Shown here: piece after piece, positions 26,061-36,709 of the stretch
Layout of the letters: each line of letters opens with the position of its first letter
Numbering within the stretch: position 1 is the stretch's first letter
From: Podarcis vaucheri
Taxonomy: Eukaryota
Assembly (NCBI GenBank): GCA_965113315.1
Contig: OZ220364.1
Length of the DNA stretch: 64,000 nucleotides
Strand: one strand, 5' to 3'
Position numbers and translations under genes: made by a program
Notes under the pieces: generated by a model
The model's input: the letters and a program-made list of their open reading frames with translations, nothing else
The model's database searches: none
Told to the model about the DNA's origin: nothing

Positions 26061-26965
26061 ATTTGCTGACTTTTGGGACTTGGACTTGGGTCAAGAAGAG
26101 TTTAGAATTGTGAGGGCCTTCAGACTTGGAAGAGGAGGGAAAGAAGAGAAGAATAGAATAAGAGACTGCTTGATCACTCTTTGAACTAAAGAAGAGAGAG
26201 ATAGAATTTTGGGTTGGCACTACCAGAAGAACCTAGAAGTACAACAGTCAAGAGTGGAAATTTTTAAAGACGTCCCGAAATATCTTTTGGATCTTGGGCC
26301 AAACTGTGGAGATGTTGTTGCCCTGCTGAGAGGGAATAAGGTCATCTTTGGGTGGGAGTTTCCCCAAGGTCTGTCTTTCAGTTTCAAAGGAAGGAAAGTA
26401 AAAATAAGATCAGTAGAAGATAAAGTAAAGTTTCTGTATAAATACGAAGAAGGTTGATGGACTATATGGAACTGGCGGAAATAACTGGCAGAATCCGAGA
26501 CCAGGGAGAAGAGTCGGTGGAAGAAGATTGGAAAAAGTTTAAAGACTATCTATAGAAATACTGTAAAATTAATGAATGTTAGAAAAATGTTGGAATGAAG
26601 TTATATGGCTTTAGTAGAAATGTTATAAGGAATTAAGTATAAATAGATTAATAGAGTATTAAAGGAAAAATAAGGTTAGAATGTGTTAAGATGATTATAG
26701 GATAGAAAACAGAGGAAGATGGAAAGGAATTGCTGAAACAATTAACAGAAGTGGAATACAAAAAGGGAGGTGTGAGGAGGTCGTTGAAATAAGTGAATGA
26801 AAGATAGATATTGAAATTGTTTGATGTGTTTTAAACTGTTTTTGTTTTGTTTTGTTAGTTTAATGTGTTAGTGTTATGTAGTGTTTTTGTATTGTATTGT
26901 ATTGTTCATTTTTTTGTAGTGTTTCAATTGTTGGAAAAGTAATAAATATTATTTTCCAAAAAAAA
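26061..26965 (+). mobile_element. 5'-truncated, internally deleted L1-like LINE (ORF1 C-terminus fused to ORF2 C-terminus, 3' UTR, polyA)
   Basis: RAFRLG..RDCLITL*TKEERDRIL..IFKDVP..WEFPQGLSF..KIRSVED (ORF1-like), then LMDYMELAE..EEDWKKFKDYL (ORF2 end), AATAAA at 26941, A-tail, imperfect TSD GTAAGG(AGT)TTGATCTG. Confidence 0.75.
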
Positions 26966-27425
26966 GTAAGGAGTTTGATCTGGCTTCTGAAATCTATGCA
27001 TCTGCCCTTGAGAATTCTCTCATTCTCCCTCTCCCTCCCTCCCTCCTTCTCTCTCACACACATTTGCTTCCTCCACAGGAACAACACTTGCTAACACCTT
27101 AGCAAGATCATCCACACAATAAACAGCCAATAATAATTGCATCAGCACACACAGAAAATGAAAATGAAGAGAAGGGGCAAAATCTGAATGGAGAGTCAAC
27201 TTTTTTTTAATGCTGGCATTTTGAATGTTGCTCAACTTTTGTGCCCGGATTTTCGCTTTTTGAAATATGGCAACCCTAGGTGTGAGGAATCTTTGGCTCT
27301 CCAGATATTGCTGAACTACAATTCCCATCATCCTCGGCAAGCATGGCCAGGGATGATGTGAGTTGTAGTTCAGCAATATCTGGAGGGCCAAAGGTTCTGC
27401 ACATCTGCTCAAGGACAATGATTTG

Positions 27426-27595
27426 CTGTATAGCTAAGTTGGTTAGAGCATAGTGTTGGTTAGAGCATAGTGTTGATAACACCAGGGTTGTAGGTTTGAT
27501 TCCCCTACAGTACAGTTGCATAGTCCTGCACTGCAGGGGGGTGGACTAGATCATCCTTCCTCAGGAGTCCCTTCCAACTCTATGATTCTATGATC
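27426..27595 (+). mobile_element. tRNA-Ile-derived SINE with CR1 3' tail; 17-bp tandem duplication over the A-box
   Basis: tagctaagttggttagagc...gataacaccagggttgtaggtttgattcccc head; ccttccaactctatgattctatga tail. Confidence 0.8.
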
Positions 27596-27661
27596 AGTTT
27601 CCTTATGCAGAAAAACTGAAAAATGAGATAAACTGAAAAGCTGGATAACCAAAAGGACCTG

Positions 27662-27711
27662 TGATGGCATGGAACAGGTCTGTTTGATGGCATGGAACAG
27701 GTCTGTTTGAT
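27662..27711. repeat. Perfect 23-bp tandem duplication (GATGGCATGGAACAGGTCTGTTT x2)
   Basis: Read directly from the sequence. Confidence 0.9.
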
Positions 27712-29119
27712 CTAGTACAGCCAAGCAAATTATAATGCATGACTTCACCCCAAAGTGTAAAGATAGCACTGATCGAATTCAAAGCCGAACACTCTACTGC
27801 TATCAGGAATTTGGCAGGGACAGAAAGTGTGGTTGTATACCACTACAGAAGCATACTGCAAGGATAATGAGGTTGTACACTGCTTGTACGAAGCCAAGGT
27901 AACAACAAAGGATGAAGGTTGGAGAAACAGAGCGAGGTGATAATCTGGCATAGCAACAAAAAGGATGTCACTGCCTCCAGCCATAAGCCTTCCCTAAGGA
28001 CACCATATCCTGGGAAGGACCACAGTGAGGAAAATTTCAGAACTGTGCCAGGGGAGTCACTTGTTAACTTCAAAAGGCTTAAAGACTCAAACACACCAGT
28101 CGCAATGAAAACAGAAGCCTCAAGCTCAATTTGCTTTCACAGAATCAAGGAGTTGGAAGCTGAAGTGGCTGGCAGGGTGGACACAACCTCCTAACGGAGG
28201 CAGCACTGCTGCTGACTGGGACAGAGAGTCCCAAGCTTGCCACTGCCCTGCCCTGTTCTGAGAAGCCGCAGCAATGCTGCTGCTAGGAAGCTGCTTTCAC
28301 AGCCCCAGCAGCTGTTGCTGGTTGGAAGGGCACCCCACTGGTCAATACAATATCTGCATCTCTGGCAGATAACTATCCAGTCTCTGCTTAGTTACCTCCA
28401 CCTTTGTTAGTCTGTTCCATTGCTGAATGGCTATTACCATTCAGAAGGTTCTCCTAAGTTTCAGCCAAAATCTACATTCTAGTATGAATGTGTATTTATA
28501 CATTATGCTGTGCTTTGGGTATTAAAAAACAAGCTTTCAGGTGTGCATACACTGAAAGTCTGTGATGCTGACATAAGGTTCTTTTTAAACTATATTTTAG
28601 TTAAGAGGCCTAATCACAGAAGTTGTCATGAAGGTCACAAAGAAACTACGACCACATGTGTCACAAATATAATGTGTGAAGTTCTAGACAGACAAAAATG
28701 ACTAACTCTTGGGGGGCAAACTATCCAGAACAAATAGGATCACAATCTTGGTTGTGGTCCTTTGGTGCTACGGTGTGATCTATTCTTCCATGCCCACCCC
28801 TAAAAAAAAAAAAAAAAAAATCAACCAAGATCCAAAGATTACAAAATCGCAAAGACTTACATAGATGCACTGAGAAACTGTGAACAGCGGAGGAGCTTGG
28901 GCTGCTTCGCAAGACCCACCCCTCCTTTTACTAAGCCTGCTTCTTTATCTCCCCTTGTAATAGTGCTGCTGGCGCAAATTGCTGCAGCTCTCATGTGCCA
29001 CTCTGATACCCAGTCCAAGGATAGCTGTGAAGGATTTTTCTGCCCCCACATGGCACAACAAAGAAACTACATGCCATTCAGAAAAAAAAACCCTTCGCTA
29101 CTGTCCTCCCCTTCCCCTC

Positions 29120-29324
29120 TCTTCTTATCACCACTCCCTCTTACACAAGCCAATAGGATTTCTTCTTGGTCCACAAAGCTTACCCTTCAGTGTTCACAGG
29201 CAGCTTGTAAATAGGAGCAGAAGAGGGTGAAAGTGTTTGCATACAGTGCTGTCGGCTGAAAGATGAAACAACTGGCAGGAAAGAGTGATGCTGCTCAATA
29301 TAACCCAGAAAGGAAGATATCCGG
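29120..29324 (+). promoter_or_regulatory. Putative AMIGO3 promoter and non-coding first exon
   Basis: GATA motif (cttatca ~29124), AGCCAATAG CCAAT box at 29150, TAAATA at 29208, strong CGG|GTAAGA donor at 29325, pyrimidine-tract acceptor (..ccctttcacacatcag|) at 29887 just upstream of the ATG; inferred from motifs only. Confidence 0.5.
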
Positions 29325-29941
29325 GTAAGAGCTGCTTTCTTTGGCGTTTCTATATGAGATTATAAAGGTGAAGAAATGGGCTCGCATTGGCCCTTTTATG
29401 ATGAATCTGTACTGGAGTTGCTTAGCCTCAAGATAAGGATCCACTAATGGAAACTTTGGGATCTAAGGACACTTGACTTGGCAAAGCAAAAAAAATATGG
29501 ATCCAGCTTCTCCCTGGACCAATGTTACTGAAGGAGTAGCCTCAAATAGATGCAAGGTTGGGTTATTTGGAGAGAGACACTTTAGAGACAAATCCTGTAA
29601 ACATGCTCAAGGCTTTTGAATCAGAGCTCAAGATGATCTATATAGACATACCTTGTTTTTGAAATTATTTGAGGCAATACATGCACACAGACTCCTGCCA
29701 GTTTCTACAACTACCAAGAGAGGCATGCAGAACAGCAGTTACATGCTGGCCTTTGATTACAGCATATTTCTTAAATGCCTGTTTATTCTGAGTGAGACAA
29801 CCCAATATTTTAAGGAGCATAATTCAGAGTCTTTAGGCACCATCTGATTTTACCGATTCATTCTACTGTTGCCCTTTCACACATCAGTGTCTTGCAAGAG
29901 GATTATATTCAGTGTGAATTTGACTTTGAGAACTTATTTCC

Positions 29942-31525
29942 ATGCTAGTGACAAACCAGGGTGAGCTCCACTGTTACATGATGAATGTACTGACCTTGGC
30001 TTTATTTATTTGGAAACTGCTTGGAAAGCTGTTAGTTTTCTTTGTCCTGTGCATTCAAGTCAGCACCTTAAACAACTGCACTCTCAGAAGATGTCCTGAA
30101 GTTTGCATTTGTACTGCTGATCTCATGAGTTGTGCCAAGAAGGATCTTGAACAGGTCCCCAGCACCCTGCTTCCCACAGCCACTACCTTGGACCTCAGCT
30201 ACAATAACATTACTCAGCTTAATGACTACTGGCTGGCTGCCTTACCACGTCTCCAGACTCTCAGGATCAGCCACAACAAGATCCACAATATCACCCGGCA
30301 AGTGTTCCACAATGCCACTTACATTTTACACCTGGACATGTCTTCCAACTACCTGAGCACTGTGGAGAAGTACTACTTTGATGGCCTTGTGAAGTTGGAG
30401 GAGCTCTTGCTATACAACAACAAGATTGTACAAGTCGATCAAAATGCTTTTGTCAAGTTAATCCGATTGCAAAAAGTCTACCTGAGTTGGAACAGGCTAA
30501 CAAAATTTCCATTTGAGTCCATTCAAAGACTTGAACACCCATACCTGAGAACCCTGGATCTGTCTGCTAACAACCTAAGCAGCATTCCTGTTCAAGTAAT
30601 AGCAACTTTGCCTGGGTACATAAAAAATGGCTTGTACCTTCACAACAACCCTGTGATATGTGACTGCTCTCTTCATCTGATGCTCCAGGAATGGAAGCAC
30701 CGCGGTTTCAGTTCTGCGGAGGATTTTGTAGAGGAGCACACCTGCAAAGCTTTCCCCAATGTGCCACGTTCCTTAGTCAACACCTTCAATTACAACAAGT
30801 ATATTGGAGATTGCTCCTGGAACCAATTTGACATTCCCCAAATCCTCTGCCAAGTGGGAGAATCCTTGGTAATAGACTGCAACACGAGCCTCCATAATGA
30901 CAATGCCACAAACTACAGATGGATCTCTCCTAGACATGAATTATTCATGTACCCTGAGCACAGTAATCAGGAGCATCAACCTTTCAGAAATGGAAGCCTA
31001 TTGATCAGAAAGGGTAACCGTTCCCATTCCGGTGTTTATGTGTGCATAGCCATCAACGAGCTCCAACAGATCAACCAGACGTTTGAAGTCAACATCACAT
31101 TTCAATACCCCAAACCACCCGAGTCTTTCAATACTGGCCTCACAACCCTCTTAGGGTGTGTTGTAACTCTGGTACTTGTCCTCATGTACTTGTACCTCAC
31201 ACCATGTCGCTGCTCCAAGTGCTTCAAGAAGCCTGCAAGCCCCCCTCCAGACTGCAGCGCCCAATCATCCATCCTTAGTACCACCCCGCCAGCCACAGAT
31301 GGGCCAAATCGCAAGATCAGCGCAAACAAGCACGTTGTTTTCCTAGAGCCCATCAAGGAAGCCCAGAATGGCAAGGTCAGGCTGGCCGTCAGTGAGGACT
31401 TTCCAGAAGCTAAAAGCCCCAGACTCTTACAGCTCAAGCTGGACAGTGAATCAATCAGCTCAGTCTTTTCAGATCCTCTCATCATGTCCTATGAGGAACG
31501 AGAACAGACACCGGCAGATGGATAG
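29942..31525 (+). CDS. AMIGO3: AMIGO3, LRR-Ig type I membrane protein, one coding exon nested antisense in an RNF123 intron (the true start may be ATG 29978 or 29981)
   Basis: 527-aa ORF: hydrophobic signal peptide, LRRNT (CPEVCIC), ~6 LRRs, LRRCT (NNPVICDC), Ig domain (VIDC..W..GSLLI..GVYVC), TM (FNTGLTTLLGCVVTLVLVLMYLYLTPC), AMIGO tail motifs (SAQSSILSTTP, KHVVFLEP, QNGKV, SVFSD); synteny with RNF123/GMPPB identifies paralog 3. Confidence 0.96.
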   Translation: MLVTNQGELHCYMMNVLTLALFIWKLLGKLLVFFVLCIQVSTLNNCTLRRCPEVCICTADLMSCAKKDLEQVPSTLLPTATTLDLSYNNITQLNDYWLAALPRLQTLRISHNKIHNITRQVFHNATYILHLDMSSNYLSTVEKYYFDGLVKLEELLLYNNKIVQVDQNAFVKLIRLQKVYLSWNRLTKFPFESIQRLEHPYLRTLDLSANNLSSIPVQVIATLPGYIKNGLYLHNNPVICDCSLHLMLQEWKHRGFSSAEDFVEEHTCKAFPNVPRSLVNTFNYNKYIGDCSWNQFDIPQILCQVGESLVIDCNTSLHNDNATNYRWISPRHELFMYPEHSNQEHQPFRNGSLLIRKGNRSHSGVYVCIAINELQQINQTFEVNITFQYPKPPESFNTGLTTLLGCVVTLVLVLMYLYLTPCRCSKCFKKPASPPPDCSAQSSILSTTPPATDGPNRKISANKHVVFLEPIKEAQNGKVRLAVSEDFPEAKSPRLLQLKLDSESISSVFSDPLIMSYEEREQTPADG

Positions 31526-32370
31526 GAAGAAATGCACAGGAAGGATGCAGCCAAGGTGGAGAGTGGGGAAGGAGTGGGGTCAAATCCCATATCCATTGTG
31601 GGAGGGAGAGAAAAGACAATAAAAATTTACAAAGCATCTCCTCACTGAAAAGCACAGAGGAATTCTCTTTATCTCCCTTGGATGGACTACTGTGGTTTAT
31701 TCTTAATTTCCTTCATCTCCCCTAGAAATGGTGGAGGCCTTTTCTTCTAACAATTCTAGTCTGACCGTCCCAGAATCCATTTGACAAAAAAGAATTGAAT
31801 GCTCTTTACACATCCCAGATGACTACAGCCTGCTCAGTAGTAGAGACAGTAACTTGTAGCAGAGAGTACCATCCCCCTTTAGAAAACTGCTGTGGAACAC
31901 AAGATTGTGTAATGGCTTTGACTTTCAGAGAATAAACATTTGCTATATAAGCAAGCCTGTTTTTATTTCTGGAGAAGAAAGAGTGTCCTTGCTGGACCAA
32001 AGAGGGGGCCATTTCTTACTTTTTAACTGCTTTTGTCAGCTACTGCTTCTAATATTAATTTGGAAAGTAGGTTCCCGAGCCCATACTTTTCAACTTACTT
32101 CTAGGCTTCTTGGAACAAGTCATATAATGGCTAAAAACTGAAGCAATTGCTCCCTTTACAGAGGTCACAAGCCCTGCTCCAGATGACCACCTCGCCCTTT
32201 TGGATATGTGCAGTCAGCCACGTAAGTGTCAGAAACTGTAAGAGTCAGTCTTCTGCTTGAATCAGCTTAACAAAACTGCTTGGTATTACTGCCTGCCCCT
32301 TAAAAGCACCTTGTTCTGGGTTTGCTTTTAATGAGGAACCTTTTCCCTAGATTGAATTCTTCGTATCTAC

Positions 32371-32376
32371 AATAAA
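32371..32376 (+). terminator. Candidate AMIGO3 polyadenylation signal (alternatives at 31618, 31931, 32969)
   Basis: AATAAA followed by a GU/U-rich stretch (ctgtgctttttgg). Confidence 0.4.
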
Positions 32377-35300
32377 ATTCTAAGAGCTCGGGCATCCTGT
32401 GCTTTTGGATCACTGTGACAGAAAGCAAAAATCGGTGCCAGAAAATTATCCTTGGGTTAGACTTGAGAAGGGCAAATTATTTATTTTGCTGTCATCACAG
32501 CAAAGAGGAGTTTGATCCCAGACAGGGTTAAAAAGGATGCTATTCTAGACACAGTGCTGATGTTGTGTTATGTTTTTTAAATGTACAATTAACCTATGGC
32601 TGGCCAATTCAGATAACTGGATAAGATAGACAAGAGCACTGCTTTGGTTAGTGTACCTTTTTATATAACTTAATATAGCCATTAAAAGTTAACTTTGTTT
32701 CTCCCCACCCACCCCTGCCCCAAAAGCTGCTGTAAATAATCAAATTCAGGAATGCATTAGATTATTCATGCACCTAGTGTAATTACAACAAGCCAGCTCC
32801 GCTCCGCTCCGCTCTGCGCTTAAATGAACCATCTCCCTGCCTTTTTTCTCCTTGAGAAGGGCAGATGTGCTTGGGAGAATGAAGCATCTAGCTATTTTGG
32901 TAGTACTTTAATCCATGTAATGATAATAATTGTAACCGGGGGGTAGATTTCCTCTCGGGTTACATTTAAATAAAAATGCCCTTTTATTATAAAATGTTGT
33001 TGTCTGCATCTGAAATTGTCTTTGCCCTGCAACGGTGTGAGACGGTGCAGGCTTCGTCTCCCTTGTCTGTGGCCAGGTAAAGCTCCATATACAAAGTTCT
33101 AGTTCTTTTAACACAAAAGGAGCTCAAATACCAGTCTAAACCCAGGCACTCTAAATATTACAGATGTCTCTGATATTAAAACCAAATTACAACACAATTT
33201 AATTTTGGCACAGTAAGTGAGGCTGGAAGGTGCAAAGAAAGAAATGCAACACAAAATTCTAAGTCTGTGGGCAAGAACTTGACACATTATACACAAACAA
33301 ATATTTACACATGTATGTGTATGTGGGGGGGGGGTGGTCCAAGACTGAGAAAGGAAGAAAACATATGAAATTCCATGAACATTACAGAGCAAACTATCCA
33401 CTGCCAGAGGTTCTCACAAACTTGTATTCTAGACAGCCACAAATGTTGTTGACGTGAGGCTAGAAAAATCCAGGGAAGATATTAATATCTTCCAAGATCA
33501 TCTGGGTCGGGGTGTTTCTAAACCAGAAGCTAAGAAAAATAACCAAGATTGTTTATTCTATTAACATTTCTTGCTTGCATCTTGAGAAGCATATATAGCC
33601 ACTGACAATCCTGAATCAGGATTCCTGATATTCAAAACATAGAGAGATGTGGATCGTTAGTTTGGCCATATTTTTATGCTGTGGTTCTGCACACCAGGGT
33701 CAAAGCAGAATATGGGGAAAGCAGCAGGAGATGTCAAGCCATGATTTCCAGAACTTGAGATGTTCTATGCTGTTGAGATGCTCCTACTATGCTGTCTGTG
33801 GACAGAGTCAACCTGAGCCTGGGAAGAGTAGCACACCAAGCAACTGTCAGAGACAGCAGCATTCTGTATCACAGCCCTACTCCCCCCAGTTCTTTGCCAA
33901 GAAAAAGCTAGTAAGTCACTTGACACAAGTCAAAACTGAATTAAGCAACATTTGCTTCTTTTCATATGTGCACATGTCAAACACCATTTAACTCCTTAAA
34001 AATCCATATTTAAAAATCAATTTGTAAATGGATAGGCATTGAAGTAGTTAAGATACAAAAAATAAGTAACAAGAGATCAAAGCAGCAGCATTTTTTAAAA
34101 TCCTATTTATCCAGTTTTGGAGGCTAAGAAATGTGTGGTTGAGAGTTTTTATTTGTTCTAATCTGTTCATATAATTACTGCTACATAATCCAAACCTTGG
34201 GATGAAATGGGATAGACTACCAAAAAACAACAACAATTTTTACAATTTAGCTTTTATCCAGCGGGAAAGGATGTAGGAATGCATTTGCTGCTTCTGACTA
34301 ACAAATCACAACAGACATACTGAGCTTCAGGGCAGAAATCTTAAGGTGCAACCTAGTATGTGTCTATTCAAGTAAGCCCCCTTGAGTTCAGTACTACTCA
34401 CTCCCAGGTAAGTCTACATAGGATTGCAGCCTTAGCTACTGAGAAGCTAATCCCACAAGAAAAAAAGGCAGAGGAGGAGTGGTGCTCATATTACTTACTC
34501 CCATGGCTGCTCTCATAGATATTCTCAAATTGAGAATAAAAAAGGCTACAGTTTTTGTCCACTGAAGTGCTCCTTAGCAAAGAAAGAAAGAGGGGGGAAG
34601 TCATCGTGATACATGCAGTAAAATGGAAATTAGCTATTCTGTCTGTCTGTCTGTCTATAGCTAGCTAGCTAGCTATCATTACTTCTAGTTAAAGGAAATA
34701 AACTGCAGATACTACAATAAAGTGCATAAAATTCTTCAATAATTTTCATGTTATTATACAGTATTCCTCACTGCTCTACAGTAGACCAGGGGATCAGTTA
34801 AATTTCAGAATCTCTTAAAGAGTATAGTCATGAATTTCCAATTACCAGCACTTTACAAAAAAATCAGTCTGCTCTCTGGGACTGTCCCTTCTCCTAACTA
34901 TGGACAGAATTCTCCTTCAATCACAACAACATCCTGCATTAAAATCTGCCTGTGAATTATGGCCAATGTTCTCAGGCCCTGCTCACATTCCGTCAGCAAG
35001 AGAGATGATTGGTAGAGGCCCATGACTGTGTCTTTTCAGTAATGGAACCCCCATTGTTGAACTCATTCCTAAGGAAGTTAGACTGGCTCCTTCTTTGATG
35101 TCTTTTGCATGAACAGTTAAGATTCTATTCTGTCAGACTTATAGTGCGTTTTAATTCATAGCAGCTGTAGATCTAGCTTCTAGTTTTTGAACGTCCACTA
35201 GTTGTGATGAGATTTGAATGGTTCAAAGCTGCCTTGGATTGGATTGGAAGGCACCATATAATATACAGTATAAGTACACCTTTTCCCAAGCCCAGATTGT

Positions 35301-35455
35301 GCCTGACCCCAAAGACCTTCACCACAATGCAATATAATAACTGAACACACAACTAAGCACAGAGAAGATGAGTAAAAGGATGTGGTAGAGATATAGACAT
35401 CCCATGGTGTCCCTGTATTATCCAACCCCCTAATTTAGACAGAGAGCAACAAGTG

Positions 35456-36035
35456 AAGGGCCTCACTCAGCTCAGAGGTGGGACACACATTGTGCATGCC
35501 AAAGGGCTCAAGTTCAACCCCTGGCATTTCCAGTGAGGGCTGGGAAAGACTCCTGCATGCCTTGATGGAGAGATGCATGTCAGTCTGTGTAGACCAGGGG
35601 TCATGACCTTTTCTGAGCCCTAGGACCACATTCCGTCATGGACAACCTTATGGGTGCCTAATGCCATTGGTGGGTGTGCCAAAGGCAAAAGTGGGGTGAG
35701 CAACAGGCGTGAGCCCTACCTTTGTATAGTAGGCTACAGACGGTTAGAAGTTTCTTTACACACTCCCATGAACACATCTCTCCATCCAGGCATGCAAAAG
35801 GCACCAAGGCAGTTCAGGAACATGCAAAAGCATGTGAGGAGGGTGTGGAGCAAGGCTGATGTGATGTGTGACCTGTGGAAGGGGTATGTGCTGGGTAGAG
35901 TCTCAAAGCCTCATTAGAGAGGTCTGGAGGGTCATTATTTGGCCTCTGAATTGGAAGTTCCATAGCCCTGGTGCACACAATACTGAGCTACATGGAATAT
36001 TCTGAAGCGGCATAAGGCAGCTTCTTGCATTCCTA
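35456..36035 (+). mobile_element. tRNA-derived Squam3-like SINE, split by the hAT insertion (other copies on - at ~15663-15861 and ~50497-50704)
   Basis: agctcag A-box, gttcaacccctggca B-box, ...gtgtagac|aatactgagcta...taaggcagcttc...ttccta tail. Confidence 0.7.
35595..35970. mobile_element. hAT non-autonomous element inserted into a SINE
   Basis: CAGGGG...CCCTG ends; decayed 8-bp TSD GTGTAGAC/GTGCACAC; the SINE continues on both sides. Confidence 0.7.
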
Positions 36036-36709
36036 CAGAATGAAGAAGGTAGGACAGACTATCTTATGTCCACTAGGAAGAACTGGACATCTGCAAACAA
36101 GTCAAAACCCCTGTTTCTCCACAAAGTGGCCTTTGAGCCACATACCTACTGGGAAGTAGAAGAGCAGTTCCATTCTAAGTGACTGTGCCCACTCTACACC
36201 CATTAAAAAAGCATGAGAAAGCATGAAATACTATCCACATGCTCACTTCTACACATTTATTCAATGGGAAAATGATCTCCTAGCTAAGGAGATGGCCAAT
36301 TACTCAGAGGCAAAGTTCAGAGATCATGCTAGAACCCAGTTTGGCACCATGTGAATGAGCCTTAGTAAGGGCACGTAACCTCCTGCCCCAGCAAAGAGTG
36401 GTTTGGAGGCAAAAGTTTCTGTTTTTGTTAATGACTGGCTATTTATTGCTTTCCAGAGCAGTTTCCCTCATCATTAAAAGCAACCCAAAGTTTCTGAAAG
36501 CATATGCTTCATTCCCATCTGAATTAATCTTCAATTTAAGACACCCAACAATGAGGTTTGTTTTCAATTTAAAAAGGCAAATGAAAGCATAAGTGCATCT
36601 ATGAGTGCATTCCACCATCTGTGCATTGCCTAAAGACACCCAGTCTCAATGCCTTTGATGCCTTCTGATCAGAAAAGGGTGTTGCTAAACCTTCCCAGCT
36701 TTGACCTGC

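Noticed and set aside
27426-27510. tRNA-Ile-like sequence as a tRNA gene
   Set aside because: Duplicated A-box region, broken stems, and fusion to a CR1 tail identify it as a SINE head.
31102-31485. 127-aa ORF antisense to AMIGO3
   Set aside because: Shadow frame of a real coding sequence.
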